Positions 42,576-52,355 are shown, numbered from the stretch's first letter. The stretch is DNA of 64,000 bases from an uncultured Actinomycetota bacterium (GCA_963713035.1 CAVQKB010000004.1:65419-129418); one strand, 5' to 3'. The notes: generated by a model not told the origin, from the sequence alone. Numbers and translations are program-made.

Positions 42576-44507
42576 GAGTGCGGAGGTGGTGGCGGGCGCG
42601 ATCCCGACCGTCAGGGTCGAGGTGACCCGGCCGCCGCCGGTGGCGGTGTTGATCGCTAGCGAGAAGGTGCCGGACAGGCTCGCGCCGGGGATCTTCAGCG
42701 AGACGGTGCCTGCGATGGTGCCGGCGAGTCCGGCGTTGCCGAGCAGGAACATGCCTTGACCAGCGGTGAGGGAGACGATCGGGGTGGTGCCGTCGCCGAA
42801 GGCGGCGGTCACGTTGCGGAACGCGACCCGGGTGACCGCGATGCCGTTGGAGGTGGCCTTCTCGAAGGCCACGTCGCCGGTGAGGCTCTGGCCGTTGAAG
42901 GCGATCTTGACGCCGGTGGCCTCGAACCGGACGTAGGGGCCGGCCGGGAGGTTGAGGCTGATGGTCTGGTCGCCCACCTGCACCCGGTCGACGACGGCCC
43001 GGGTCCCGGAGTTGATCGCCACCCCGAAGGTGCCGGTGAGCAGGAAGTCGGTGGGGAGGCCCACGAGGGTCACCGTGCCCGACACGCGACCGGCCAGACC
43101 CTGCGGGGTGACCATGAAGGCCGCGGTGCCACCGTCGATGCGGATGCCGGAGGTGATGGCGCCGGGGAGCGCCCCGGAGCCGGTGTCGGGGGTGCCGACG
43201 GAGATCGAGACGGCGGTGGCGCCGACCCGGATCACCTTGGTGGGGAGGGTGCCCGGGGGCGCGTTGGCGCCGACGGGCAGGGTCTGCTGCTCGAAGCCGA
43301 AGATGCCGCGCACCTGCTGGCCTGCGATCGTCAGCGCGGCCGGCGCGCTGGACGACCCGACGCTCACGCGCAGGGTGCCCGCCGGGATCTGGTTGCCGCC
43401 CGCACTGCCGGCGATGCTCGTGGTGTTCAGCAGCACCAGACCGTCCGGCAGGGTGAGGTCGAGGCCGGGCAGGTTGAGGTCCACCGACGCCGACATCGAG
43501 GCGATCAGGCCACTGCTGCCGAGCGTGATCTCGCCCGACTTGATGGTGACGACGACCGGGAACGTGGTGCCGGACCGTTCGCCGAGGTTCAGGACCACCT
43601 TGTCGGCTGGGTCGTTGCGCACGGCCTCGCCGAGCTTGATGGTGGTCGTCGCGGCCGGGCCAGTGCCCGGTCCCTTCGCCAGCCCGAAGGCGCCGGTGAG
43701 CTCCATCCCGTTGAACGCGAGGGTGACGGCGGCCGCGGTGATGGTGATGGCGTTCCCAAGGACGACCAGGTGCATCTCGCCGGAGAAGGAGACCCCGTCG
43801 ATCCCGATCACGGCGACCGTGCCGAACACGTCCATGTCATGGGTCGAGTTGCCGCTGACGGTGCCCCGGGTGACCGTGATGAGGATGCCCTTGGCGTCCG
43901 GGTTGGGGACGTCGGGCTTGAGCTCGCGCGGACCCTGGCCGATGAAGACCAGCCCGGAGGCGGTGGTGCCGGTGAGGCCGCCGGAGATCTCGATGAAGTC
44001 GCCGAGGCGCAGGGTGCCCTTGCCGGAGACAGCGATGAACGGCTTGTTGGCGGCGCTGGCCTTCTCGGTGGCGGTGAAGACGATCGGGATGACCGTGCCC
44101 CCGACCTCGACGGCCTCGTCGACGGGTCCGGTGGTGCCGTTGAAGCGCACCGCCGCGCTGGCGTCGGCGGAGGCAGGACCGGCGTCGACCTGGAGCTTGC
44201 CGGAGAAGCTGCCGGCGGCACCTGCGGCCGTCATCACGAACGCACCCGTGACCTGGTTGATCGTGAGCGACTTGGTGGTGTCGTCGGGATCGCCGAAGCT
44301 GACGCTGCCGCTGGAGATGCCGACGACCGTGCTCTGCAGCGGCACCTGCCGCAGCAGGGCGCTGGTGGTGACCACGTCGAGGTCGGTGTCGGTGTCGACG
44401 TTGACCACGGCCAGGGCCGTCGCCGCGGTGGCGCCGAGGACCTTGGCGGCGGTGAAGGTGCCGGCGTCGTTGCGGTGCCACTGGCTGCCGGTGGTGGTGC
44501 CGAGCAC
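42186..44507 (-). CDS. Giant protein fragment, 2.2 kb intact: FG-GAP blade, 'FIEISGG...FIGQGP...NPDAKGILI' module, three 'PAG...GQ..G.F.FEQ' modules, then FG-GAP cluster B begins
   Basis: 773-aa ORF, protein-like until about 'GATFTKRAKQ'. Contains 'LTIAGQQVRGIFGFEQQ' and 'ISLNLPAGPYVRFEATGVKIAFNGQSLTGDVAFEKA'. Confidence 0.8.
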   Translation of the reverse strand: MLGTTTGSQWHRNDAGTFTAAKVLGATAATALAVVNVDTDTDLDVVTTSALLRQVPLQSTVVGISSGSVSFGDPDDTTKSLTINQVTGAFVMTAAGAAGSFSGKLQVDAGPASADASAAVRFNGTTGPVDEAVEVGGTVIPIVFTATEKASAANKPFIAVSGKGTLRLGDFIEISGGLTGTTASGLVFIGQGPRELKPDVPNPDAKGILITVTRGTVSGNSTHDMDVFGTVAVIGIDGVSFSGEMHLVVLGNAITITAAAVTLAFNGMELTGAFGLAKGPGTGPAATTTIKLGEAVRNDPADKVVLNLGERSGTTFPVVVTIKSGEITLGSSGLIASMSASVDLNLPGLDLTLPDGLVLLNTTSIAGSAGGNQIPAGTLRVSVGSSSAPAALTIAGQQVRGIFGFEQQTLPVGANAPPGTLPTKVIRVGATAVSISVGTPDTGSGALPGAITSGIRIDGGTAAFMVTPQGLAGRVSGTVTLVGLPTDFLLTGTFGVAINSGTRAVVDRVQVGDQTISLNLPAGPYVRFEATGVKIAFNGQSLTGDVAFEKATSNGIAVTRVAFRNVTAAFGDGTTPIVSLTAGQGMFLLGNAGLAGTIAGTVSLKIPGASLSGTFSLAINTATGGGRVTSTLTVGIAPATTSALTLADVNGDGRADLLVGAENGVVIFLADGEGDPFDTLPAYVIAGTAGTGSMAITALAVGDVDNNGTADLVIGRAKTDTEIWLGDGSGATFTKRAKQHPAGQCTRDRAGRGSTATATSTPSSWSGTWPRSC

Positions 44508-45430
44508 GACGTCGAGGTCGCCGTCGCCGTCGAGGTCGGCGAGCGAGACGTTGCGGCCCGCGGGGGTGCCGCTGCCGATCGCGGTCAGGGGAGGAGCAGG
44601 GCCCAGGTGGTCTTGCCCGTGCTGTCGGTGGTGAGCCCCTTGTTGAGCAGCAGCAGCGCCGGGCCACCGTCGACCGCGGCCACCAGGTCGGCGAAGCCGT
44701 CGCCGTTGACGTCGCCGACCGCCAGGGCGCGGATCTTGGAGGCGGTGAAGGTGCTGTCGGCCGTTGCGGCAAACACGGTCGCGAGACCGTTGTTGCGGAA
44801 CAGCTTGTGGGTCGTGGCGTCCGCGCCGTCGGCGGCGACGAACAGGTCGGGCTTGCCGTTGCCGTCGACGTCGAGCAGGGCGAGCGCGGCGACGTTCTTG
44901 GCGTCGGACAGCGTGGTGAGCGCGGCGGACCCGAAGCCGTCCCAGGTGCGCGGCTTGGTCATGGATCGGTCGGAGCTGTTAAGCCTGGTTGGCGTAGACC
45001 CCGGTGCCGGTGGCGGTGCCGATCACGAGGTCGGCGAGGCCGTCGCCGGTGACGTCGCCGACCGTGACCGCCTTGGCCCCGGTGGTGGTGATGCTCATGA
45101 CGCCGGTGCCGGTCTTGTCCGTCGAGAGACCGTTCCAGGTCGGGCGCTGGTGCTCGCCGTTCCAGGCCGCGCCGGTACGCGGAGGTTGCGCAGCACCTGG
45201 GTGGTGGTGGCCGTGGTGACCACCACGTCGAGGTAGCCGTCGGTGTCCAGGTCGGCCAGCGCCAGTCCGAGCACGGGCCCGGCGACGGTCGGCACGGTCG
45301 CGGCCGTGGTCCAGGAGATGACGTTGCGGGCGCTGTCGGTCGCCTGGCCGAGGTAGACCGCGTAGCCGCTCGTGCCGCCGACGACCAGGTCGATGCGGCC
45401 GTCCTTGTTGAGGTCGGCAGCGAGCATGGC
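44345..45430 (-). other. FG-GAP/VCBS repeat cluster A (about 7 blades, integrin-alpha-like beta-propeller), spread over three reading frames
   Basis: Blades: 'DLNKDGRIDLVVGG', 'DLDTDGYLDVVVT', 'DVTGDGLADLVIGT', 'DVDGNGKPDLFVAA', 'DVNGDGFADLVAAV', 'NVDTDTDLDVVTT', plus one more between 44.5 and 44.6 kb. Confidence 0.75.
44585..44962 (-). CDS. Giant protein fragment (FG-GAP blades)
   Basis: 'AALALLDVDGNGKPDLFVAADGADATTHKLFRNNG...ALAVGDVNGDGFADLVAAVDGGPALLLLNKG'. The upstream TAA at 44979 is bypassed by an adjacent frame that continues the repeat. Confidence 0.7.
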   Translation of the reverse strand: MTKPRTWDGFGSAALTTLSDAKNVAALALLDVDGNGKPDLFVAADGADATTHKLFRNNGLATVFAATADSTFTASKIRALAVGDVNGDGFADLVAAVDGGPALLLLNKGLTTDSTGKTTWALLLP

Positions 45431-45718
45431 GGTGGGCGTCGGGGTCAGCGTGAGCGTCTCCGGCGCGAACCCGGGGCGGGTGCTCTGCTGCACGGTGAAG
45501 CTGCCCGCGAAGGTCACGCCGGCGACGGTGAGGGATCCGTTGTCCAGGGTGACCCGGAAGAAGGGGCCGGCCGGGAAGACGACGTTGCTCGGGCCGACCG
45601 CGACGGTCGCCGCCTTGGTGCTGGTGTTGACCTGCAGCCCGAGGCTTCCGCTGTTGACGGTCACGCCGGGCAGGGTGAACACGCCGGTGAGGTTGGTGGC
45701 CGTGAAGGTCGCGGCCAC
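45095..45718 (-). CDS. Giant protein fragment: one 'PAGPFFRV...AGVTFAGSFTVQQ' module followed by the first FG-GAP blades
   Basis: 'VNTSTKAATVAVGPSNVVFPAGPFFRVTLDNGSLTVAGVTFAGSFTVQQ', then 'ADLNKDGRIDLVVGGTSG' and 'LADLDTDGYLDVVVTT'. Confidence 0.75.
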   Translation of the reverse strand: MAATFTATNLTGVFTLPGVTVNSGSLGLQVNTSTKAATVAVGPSNVVFPAGPFFRVTLDNGSLTVAGVTFAGSFTVQQSTRPGFAPETLTLTPTPTAMLAADLNKDGRIDLVVGGTSGYAVYLGQATDSARNVISWTTAATVPTVAGPVLGLALADLDTDGYLDVVVTTATTTQVLRNLRVPARPGTASTSARPGTVSRRTRPAPAS

Positions 45719-48234
45719 GCCCTGCTGGGTGATCCGGATCCCGCCGGTGGAGCCGTTGCTGGCCTTGATGTCGACGAAGGAGCCGAGCTTGAGGGTGAGG
45801 TCCGGTGACGAAGACCGACAACGTGCGCGGGCCGGTGCCGGTCACCTTCACCGTGATGGTGCCGCCGAGCCCTGGCCGCCGATGACCAGCCGCGCGCCGG
45901 AGGCGGTGAGCAGGACGCCGTTCGCGTGACGGACTCGTGACCCTGCGTGTACCTCACCGTCTTCGACCGGCCGTGGTGTTGACCGCACGTCGAGGCGGTG
46001 GTCCGAACGCGACACCGGGCACGTCGACCACGACGGTGCCGGTGAGCACGCCGTACACCCCGGCGCTGGTCGTGCTGAAGGCGCCGTCGATGTCGGTGGC
46101 CCGGACCAGCGGCGTGCCGGAGCCGTCGGCGAAGACCAGCTCGCCGTCCGTGAGGCCGAGCGGACACCGTGCCGTCGCCCGCCTGGAGAAGCTGATCCGC
46201 GCCGCGGACAGCCGCTGCCGGGCGACCTCGAGCACCACGCCGGTGCCGGTCGCCGAGACCTTGGGGCCGCTGGTGGCAGCGGAGTCGAGGGCGGCCGCGA
46301 GCGTGCCGGTGAGGGTGACCTGCGGGACGGTGAGGGTGACGGTGCCCGACACGCTGCCGACGACCACCACGGGGCTGCCGGCGGCGACGGCCTTGGTGAC
46401 GATCAGGTCGGCGGTGCCGCCGCTGAGCGTCAGGACGGTGGGGTCCCGTCACCGAGCAGCAGCCGCACGCGGGCGGCCGTCACGTGCATCCCGGCCGCGG
46501 TGCGCTCGACGGCCACGTCGCCGGTCAGGACCTGGCCGGCCGCCTGGATGGTGACGGCGGTGCCGACCACCTTGAGGTAGGGAAGGCCGGCAGGTCGAGC
46601 TCACGATGCCCACCCCCGCGGGCAGCGTGGTGCGGACCGCCTGGCCCGTGGTGTTCACGCTGAGCGCGAAGGAACCGGCGAGCGAGAGGCGGGCGAGGCG
46701 GTGAAGCTGAGGTCGGCGGCGAACGTGCCGGCCAGCCCGGCCGAGGTCAGCAGCGGCCGCCCGAGCCGCGGAAACGGTCACCGCAACCCCAGCAGGACCA
46801 GGTCGCGTTCGCCACGCCCAGCCCGCACGACTTTGCCGTACCGATGGCGGTCTGCTTCAGCGTGAACAAGCCGCGCAGCTGCTGGCCGAGGACGTCGAGA
46901 ACCATGCCCGGCCCGGTGACCCTGAGGTCGCGCGGCGCCGGTGGTGTCGACGACAGGGCGAGGTAGCCCGGCGAGGGGGCGCCAGGAGAGAACCGGCGCA
47001 CTGAGGGCGACGCTGACGCGGATGTCGGCGGTGAGGCCGGCGAGGAGGGGACCAGGACCGCGGTCGTGCCGTCGACCTGGGTGACCGTGGCGCCCGCCCC
47101 CTCCGCCCAGCGCGAGGACCAGGTTCGGCCCTCGAGCCGCACCGTAACGCGCCGGCGGCGTCGACGCTGCGGGTGGTCGAGGTCGCCGCGCAGGGTCTGG
47201 CCGAGGACCTGCAGGTCCAGGCCGGTGCGGTTGAACAACGAGGGTCGGGTTGGCGTCCAGGGCGAGCGTGACGGGCGTGCCGGTTCGTCGTCGAGGGTCT
47301 GCGCGACGGGGCGCCGGTGGTGTTGACGCGCACGGTCAGGGTCCGGCGATGGAGACCTGAGGCACCGTGAGGGCCAGGTGCCGCCATAAGTCCGGCCAGG
47401 CCGGTCGGGGTGAGCAAGCAGCGCGGTGCCGCCGGTGAGCGAGACCACGCCGCCGAGGTCGAGCGAGACGTTGCTCGCGCTGACCCGGACCTGGGGCTGC
47501 GGCGTGTCGCCGGGGGTGGTCACCCGGTCGAAGGCGAAGTCGGCCGAGATCGTCTGGCCGGCGCCCCGAGCACGAGCCCGGCGGCCTCGAAGCCCACGTA
47601 GGCCCCGGCGGGCAGCGAGAGGGACAGGGGGGCGCGGACGGTGACCGTGGTGGGGACCGCCGCGAAAGTGGTGTTGACGGCCAGGCCCAGGGTGCCGCGG
47701 GCCGAATCCCGGCGGGCAGCTCGGGGCGATGGTGCCGCCGAGCCGGCCGGCCACGCCCGCGGCGATGACGACCAGGGCGCCGGCACCGTGGGTCAGGCGC
47801 ACGCCGTAGGCGCCGACGTGACCGCGAAGGCAACCTTGGCCAGACCGATGGCGGTGACCGTGGTGCCGTCGGCTGCGGCCGTCCGCTGCACGGTCACCCG
47901 ACCGCTGAGCCTGGCCGGCGAGGGTCAGGGTGGTGGCCGTCGACCCGCAGGAACGGCCCGGCCGCGACCTGCAGGGTCTGGGTGGTCCCCCCGACGACCA
48001 CCGGGCGGTCGACCGCGGTGCCGGTGGTATTCACCAGCACCGACAGTGCCGCCGAACGTGACGCCCGGGGCGGTGACCAGAGGTCGGCGGAGATCCGGCC
48101 GGCGACACCGGTGCCGGTGACGACCAGCAGGCCGGACCCGTTGGTCATGGGGACCGCGCCGCCGAGCGACAGCGAGGTGCGCGCGAGGCCGAGCACCAGG
48201 TCGCCGGCCGGCCGGTCCAGGACCAGGTCGGTGG

Positions 48235-48783
48235 TCAACGTCTGTCCCAGGACGCTGACGGGGCGTCGGTCAGCGAGAAGCTCGTCACCCGGGCGCCGGT
48301 CGCGAAGACGACCGGGACCGCGGTGCCGGTGCTGCCCGGGACCGTCAGCGTCCGGTCGACCGCGCCGCCCGTCGTGTTGACGCGGACGGCCGCCGTACCG
48401 GTGATGGTGGCGCCGTTGCCGCCCAGCACGGTAACGGTGCCGGAGGCGACCATGGCGTAGTCGGTGCCGACCTTGACCAAGCCGATCCGGGCGTCGGTGA
48501 GCAGGACGCCGACGGCCAGCGGGTTGGTCCCCCCGGTGCCCAGCGTGGCCGGGCCGCGGCCGAGGAAGATCCGCAGGCCCTCGCCGGCGAAGGTGCCGTT
48601 GCTGAAGGTCACGTTGCCCTCGATGGTGACGAAGCCGCCGATGTCGATGGACAGGCCGGACAGCGACACCTCGAAGACGTCGGTGGCGGCGGTGGGCGCG
48701 GCGAAGGTGATCGCGATGGTCTGGCCGCCGAGCTCGATCGTGGTGTCGACCGCCTTGCCGGTGGTGTTGACCCGGACCAGCAC
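48235..48783 (-). CDS. Giant protein fragment: 'VNTTG...FVTIEGNVTF...FLGRGP...NPLAVGVLL' module
   Basis: 182 aa and almost entirely protein-like. It is a clear paralogue of segments in ORFs 50565..52355, 42186..44507 and 37899..38486. Confidence 0.75.
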   Translation of the reverse strand: MLVRVNTTGKAVDTTIELGGQTIAITFAAPTAATDVFEVSLSGLSIDIGGFVTIEGNVTFSNGTFAGEGLRIFLGRGPATLGTGGTNPLAVGVLLTDARIGLVKVGTDYAMVASGTVTVLGGNGATITGTAAVRVNTTGGAVDRTLTVPGSTGTAVPVVFATGARVTSFSLTDAPSASWDRR

Positions 48784-49526
48784 CCGGCCGCCGACCTGGA
48801 CGGAGCCGGCGGCCCGGCGAGCGTGCCGGAGAAGTAGCCCGCGACGCCGTCGGCGGTGATCACGAAGCCACCCTCGCCACCGGTCAGGGAGGCGCCGTCG
48901 CCGTCGACGGTGACCGCGGCGGTGACCTGGGTGAAGGCGAGCCGGGTCTGGCCGGCGGCGGTGCGGTCGAAGGCGAAGTTGCCGCTCAGCGTCTGGCCCC
49001 CGCGCAGCTTGAGCGCGGCACCGACGACGGACACCGCGACCGCGCCGTTGCCGAAGGACAGGCGGATGGAGGTGCCGGTGAGGCTGATGCCGTCGGGCAG
49101 CGCGAAGACGACGCCGGTCAGCGTGAAGCTGCCGGTGAGGCCGGTGGCGCCGGCGACGACGTCGCCGGAGGCGTTGGCCACGGTCAGCGCGTCGGGATGG
49201 TCAGGAAGGTCGTGGAGTCGGTGTTGCTGAAGGCACGGCCAGGACGGAGCGCCGGCGCTGGTGCGGGTGGAGGTGAGGCGCAGGTCGGTGGTGACCTCGA
49301 GGCCGCCCACGGTGACGCTGAGGCCGGTGCCGGCCACCTGGACCACACCGGACGGCGACCGAGAGCGGCGAGCTTGGTGGCGTCCACGGTGAGGCCGGGA
49401 ACCCGGACGGCGAGGCCGCCGGTGACCGCGAGGCTGATCAGGGCGCCGGTCGCGGAGACCTGATGGTGGCGTGCCGTCGGTGACGGTGACCAGCCCGCCG
49501 GCGATCGAGAGGTCGGCGCCTTGCAC
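48609..49526 (-). CDS. Giant protein fragment, repeatedly interrupted (real and junk stretches alternate within the ORF)
   Basis: Real stretches include 'ADLSIAGGLVTVTDGT', 'VVQVAGTGLSVTVGGLEVTTDLRLTSTRTSAGA' and 'ALTVANASGDVVAGATGLTGSFTLTG...GGQTLSGNFAFDRTAAGQTRLAFTQVTAAV...GYFSGTLAG'. They are separated by Arg/Pro junk, and the missing pieces are found in the neighbouring frame (for example ORF 49184..49387). Confidence 0.65.
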   Translation of the reverse strand: MQGADLSIAGGLVTVTDGTPPSGLRDRRPDQPRGHRRPRRPGSRPHRGRHQARRSRSPSGVVQVAGTGLSVTVGGLEVTTDLRLTSTRTSAGAPSWPCLQQHRLHDLPDHPDALTVANASGDVVAGATGLTGSFTLTGVVFALPDGISLTGTSIRLSFGNGAVAVSVVGAALKLRGGQTLSGNFAFDRTAAGQTRLAFTQVTAAVTVDGDGASLTGGEGGFVITADGVAGYFSGTLAGPPAPSRSAAGCWSGSTPPARRSTPRSSSAARPSRSPSPRPPPPPTSSRCRCPACPSTSAASSPSRAT

Positions 49527-50564
49527 CGTACGGTGGTGCCGGTCGAGGTCTTGGTGATCGTGACGTTGCCGGCGAAGGTCTGGCCGAAGACGTCGATCCG
49601 GAGGTCGTCGCCGATGAACGCGACGGTGCCGCTGCCGGGGTCGAAGACCAGCGCGAGCGTCGCCGATCAGGCCCAGGCCCGGGACGGTGACGGCGAGCGA
49701 GCCGGACAGCGAGCCGGCGTACGACGAGGTGGTGCCGCCGCTGACGACCAGGGTGCCGGCGCCGTCGGTCAGCTGGACCCCGGGCAGCGAGAAGGAGGCG
49801 TTGGTGACGCGTCACGGTCAGCTGCAGCCGCACCGGCGGCGTCGAGCGAACCGCTCGACCACCAGGTCGGCGGCGATGCTCTGGCCGGCGACGGTGAGGC
49901 GTGGCGCCGGTGGCGGAGACCCGCACGTGCTGGGCGGCCGTGTCGAGCTCGACGCTGAGCGGCGCCGGCGAGCCTGAGCCCGGAGGCGGGCGACGGTGCG
50001 AGCGTGGCGGCGAAGGACCCGGTGATGCCCGTGGCGCCGATGGCGAGGTCGCCGTCACCGTCGGTCAGGGTGAGCAGCGCCGGCGCCCAGGACGACCGAC
50101 ACGTTCGTCAGGACGAGGCGGGTCGCGCGACGCCGCCCGACGAGGGTGCGGCGTGAAGAGACCGACCCGCCGTGACGGTGGCGCCGCCGACGGTCAGGGT
50201 GACGTCGTGCCGGCGACGCGGACGGTCGGCGTGGCCGAGGTGGTGTCGACCAGCAGCTCGAGGCCGCCGGTGAGGGTCAGACCCGGGACGGTGAGCGCCA
50301 CCGTGCCGCTGAAGGTGTCGACGGCCGTGCCGGTGTCGCTGCCGTCCGCCATCGTCACGCCGGCTGCGGAGAAGCGGAAGGTGCCGGAAGCCTCGGTGAC
50401 CGCGAGGACGTCGTTGCCGCCGGCCGTGAGGGTGAGACCGGCGTGCGCGAGCTCGACCAGGATGCCGCTGCCGGTGTCCACGGTGATGGCGACGTCGCCG
50501 GAGATCCGCTGGCCGAGCGACCGCGAGCACGACGCCGGTGGCGGTGACCCGTGCGCCCTGGTTG

Positions 50565-52355
50565 TCACCGAGCCTGACGTCGACCTCGGCGGTCGAGCCG
50601 GGGAAGGTCAGGGTCCGGTCGACGGCGCGTGCCGGTGTTGGCGCTGAGGGCAACGGTGCCGGTGAGGGTGACGTCAGGGAAGCCGATGAGCGAGACGGTG
50701 CCGCGGGCGACGACGGCGTAGGAGAAGCCGCCCGTGACCGCGGTGCGGACCAGGCCGATCGTGGCGCCGTCGAGCAGGACGCCGCGGGCGACCGGATTGC
50801 GCTCACCGTTGTCGAGGGTGAGCGGGCCATCGCCCAGGAAGACGGTAAGCCCGGTTCCCGCGAAGGTGCTGACCCCGCCGACGGTCGTCCAGACGATGTT
50901 GCCCTCGATGGTGACCGGCCCGAAGGTCAGCGCGCCGCTGAGGGCGACCTTGAAGAGCTCGGTCTCGGCGGCACCGAAGACGATGTGCATCGTCTCCCCG
51001 TCGAGGTCGAAGGTCTGGTCGACGGCGGCCCTGGTGGTGTTGAGCCGGACGCTGCCGGTGACCGTGCCCGCGGGGGTGACGATCGTGGCGCCGAAGTAGC
51101 CCGCGACACCGGTCGTGGTGGCGTCGGCCGTACGCAGCACGACCAGAGCGCCGGAGCCCTTGGTGACCGACGGCGTGGTCTCGGAGCCGATCCAGGCGCT
51201 GACGTCGCTGAGCGCGACGGTCACGGTGCTGCCGTCGACCTGGAGGCCGAAGGTGCCGGCGATCTTGCCGAGCCCGGCCAGCGTGGCTGGCGTCGTCCCG
51301 GGCACGACCACGACCAGCCGGACCGTCGTGCCGCCGACCGTGCTCAGGTCGAGGGTGACGGCGGCGTCGGCCAGCGAGAGCAGGTCGGGCACCGCGACGG
51401 TCGCCTTTGCCTCCATGCGGCCGACGACCCCGGCCGCGGAGACGATGAGGTCGAGCGACCCCTGGGTGAGGGAGGCGATCCCCGAAGCGAAGGTCATCGT
51501 GACGTCGGTGGCGGTCACGTGGGTGACGCCGGTGGAGCGGGCGACCGTGAAGACGCCGCTGAGGCTCTGGCCGTCGAGGCTCACCGTGCCGAGCGACCCG
51601 GTGCGGCCGAAGACGACGGTGGTGCGGGTGACGGAGAGCGGACCGCTGATGCTCAGGGCGCCCAGCGTCGCGGTGACGTTGGTGGCGGAGAGGGCCACCA
51701 CTGGCGCGGAAGATCCGGTGACCGTGACCGTGCCGGCGACGCCGCTGACCGAGACGACGTCCCCGACTGACGCCGATCCGTTGGCGACGGTGAGGGTGAG
51801 CACGTCGGACGCCAGGGTCACCGTCACATCGCCGGAGGCCCGGACGGCGCCGAGGCCGAGGGTCAGGCCGAGGCCCTTGACCTCGGTGGTGCCCGCGGTG
51901 AACACACCGGCGGAGCGGGTGGCGGTGGTCGTGACGGACAGCGTGCCCGTGGCCGTGATGCCGTCGAAGCCCACGAGCGAGGCGGTGCCGGCGCTGGTCA
52001 GGGTGAAGCCGGTGCGGCTGACGACGAGGCTCAGGCTGCCGTCGGTGAGCCGCACCTGGGCGGTGGTTCCGACCGAGGCGGTGACGCCGGCGGCCGTGAT
52101 CGTCACGACCGCGTCGTCGCCGGTGCCGGTGACGGCGACGGACAGGTCGCCGCGCAGGGTGACGCCGCCGGGGGCCGTGATCGAGATGCCGGCGCCGGCG
52201 AGGCGGACGGTCTGCGCGGCCACCGTGACGCCGCCGAGGTCGAGGGCGTTGGACGTCGGGTTGTAGTCGGCGGAGACCGTGCCGACGAAGGTCGAGGCTG
52301 CTGACGCCCACGACCGCCGCGTCGGCTCCGGTGAGGCGGAAGGCGACCGCGCCAC
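50565..52355 (-). CDS. Giant protein fragment (real ~50630-52300): G/T/S/V-rich modules plus one 'NTT...FVTIEGN...FLG.GP...NP' module
   Basis: 596-aa ORF. It is protein-like from 'STFVGTVSADYNPTSNALDLGG' to 'VALSANTGT'. It contains 'RLNTTRAAVDQTFDLDGETMHIVFGAAETELFKVALSGALTFGPVTIEGNIVW...FLGDGPLTLDNGERNPVARGVLL'. Confidence 0.75.
   Translation of the reverse strand: MARSPSASPEPTRRSWASAASTFVGTVSADYNPTSNALDLGGVTVAAQTVRLAGAGISITAPGGVTLRGDLSVAVTGTGDDAVVTITAAGVTASVGTTAQVRLTDGSLSLVVSRTGFTLTSAGTASLVGFDGITATGTLSVTTTATRSAGVFTAGTTEVKGLGLTLGLGAVRASGDVTVTLASDVLTLTVANGSASVGDVVSVSGVAGTVTVTGSSAPVVALSATNVTATLGALSISGPLSVTRTTVVFGRTGSLGTVSLDGQSLSGVFTVARSTGVTHVTATDVTMTFASGIASLTQGSLDLIVSAAGVVGRMEAKATVAVPDLLSLADAAVTLDLSTVGGTTVRLVVVVPGTTPATLAGLGKIAGTFGLQVDGSTVTVALSDVSAWIGSETTPSVTKGSGALVVLRTADATTTGVAGYFGATIVTPAGTVTGSVRLNTTRAAVDQTFDLDGETMHIVFGAAETELFKVALSGALTFGPVTIEGNIVWTTVGGVSTFAGTGLTVFLGDGPLTLDNGERNPVARGVLLDGATIGLVRTAVTGGFSYAVVARGTVSLIGFPDVTLTGTVALSANTGTRRRPDPDLPRLDRRGRRQAR

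Noticed and set aside
44979-44981. TAA stop that appears to end one gene ('...GTGVYANQA*') 17 nt before an ATG ORF (44962)
   Set aside because: An adjacent frame reads through ('...LNSSDRSMTKPRTWDGFG...') and the FG-GAP blade series continues uninterrupted. There is no RBS, so I treat this as another frame break rather than a gene boundary.
23050-52300. Programmed ribosomal frameshifting as the explanation for the frame changes
   Set aside because: There are far too many events, in both directions, at sites without slippery heptamers or downstream structures. They sit at ordinary short homopolymers.
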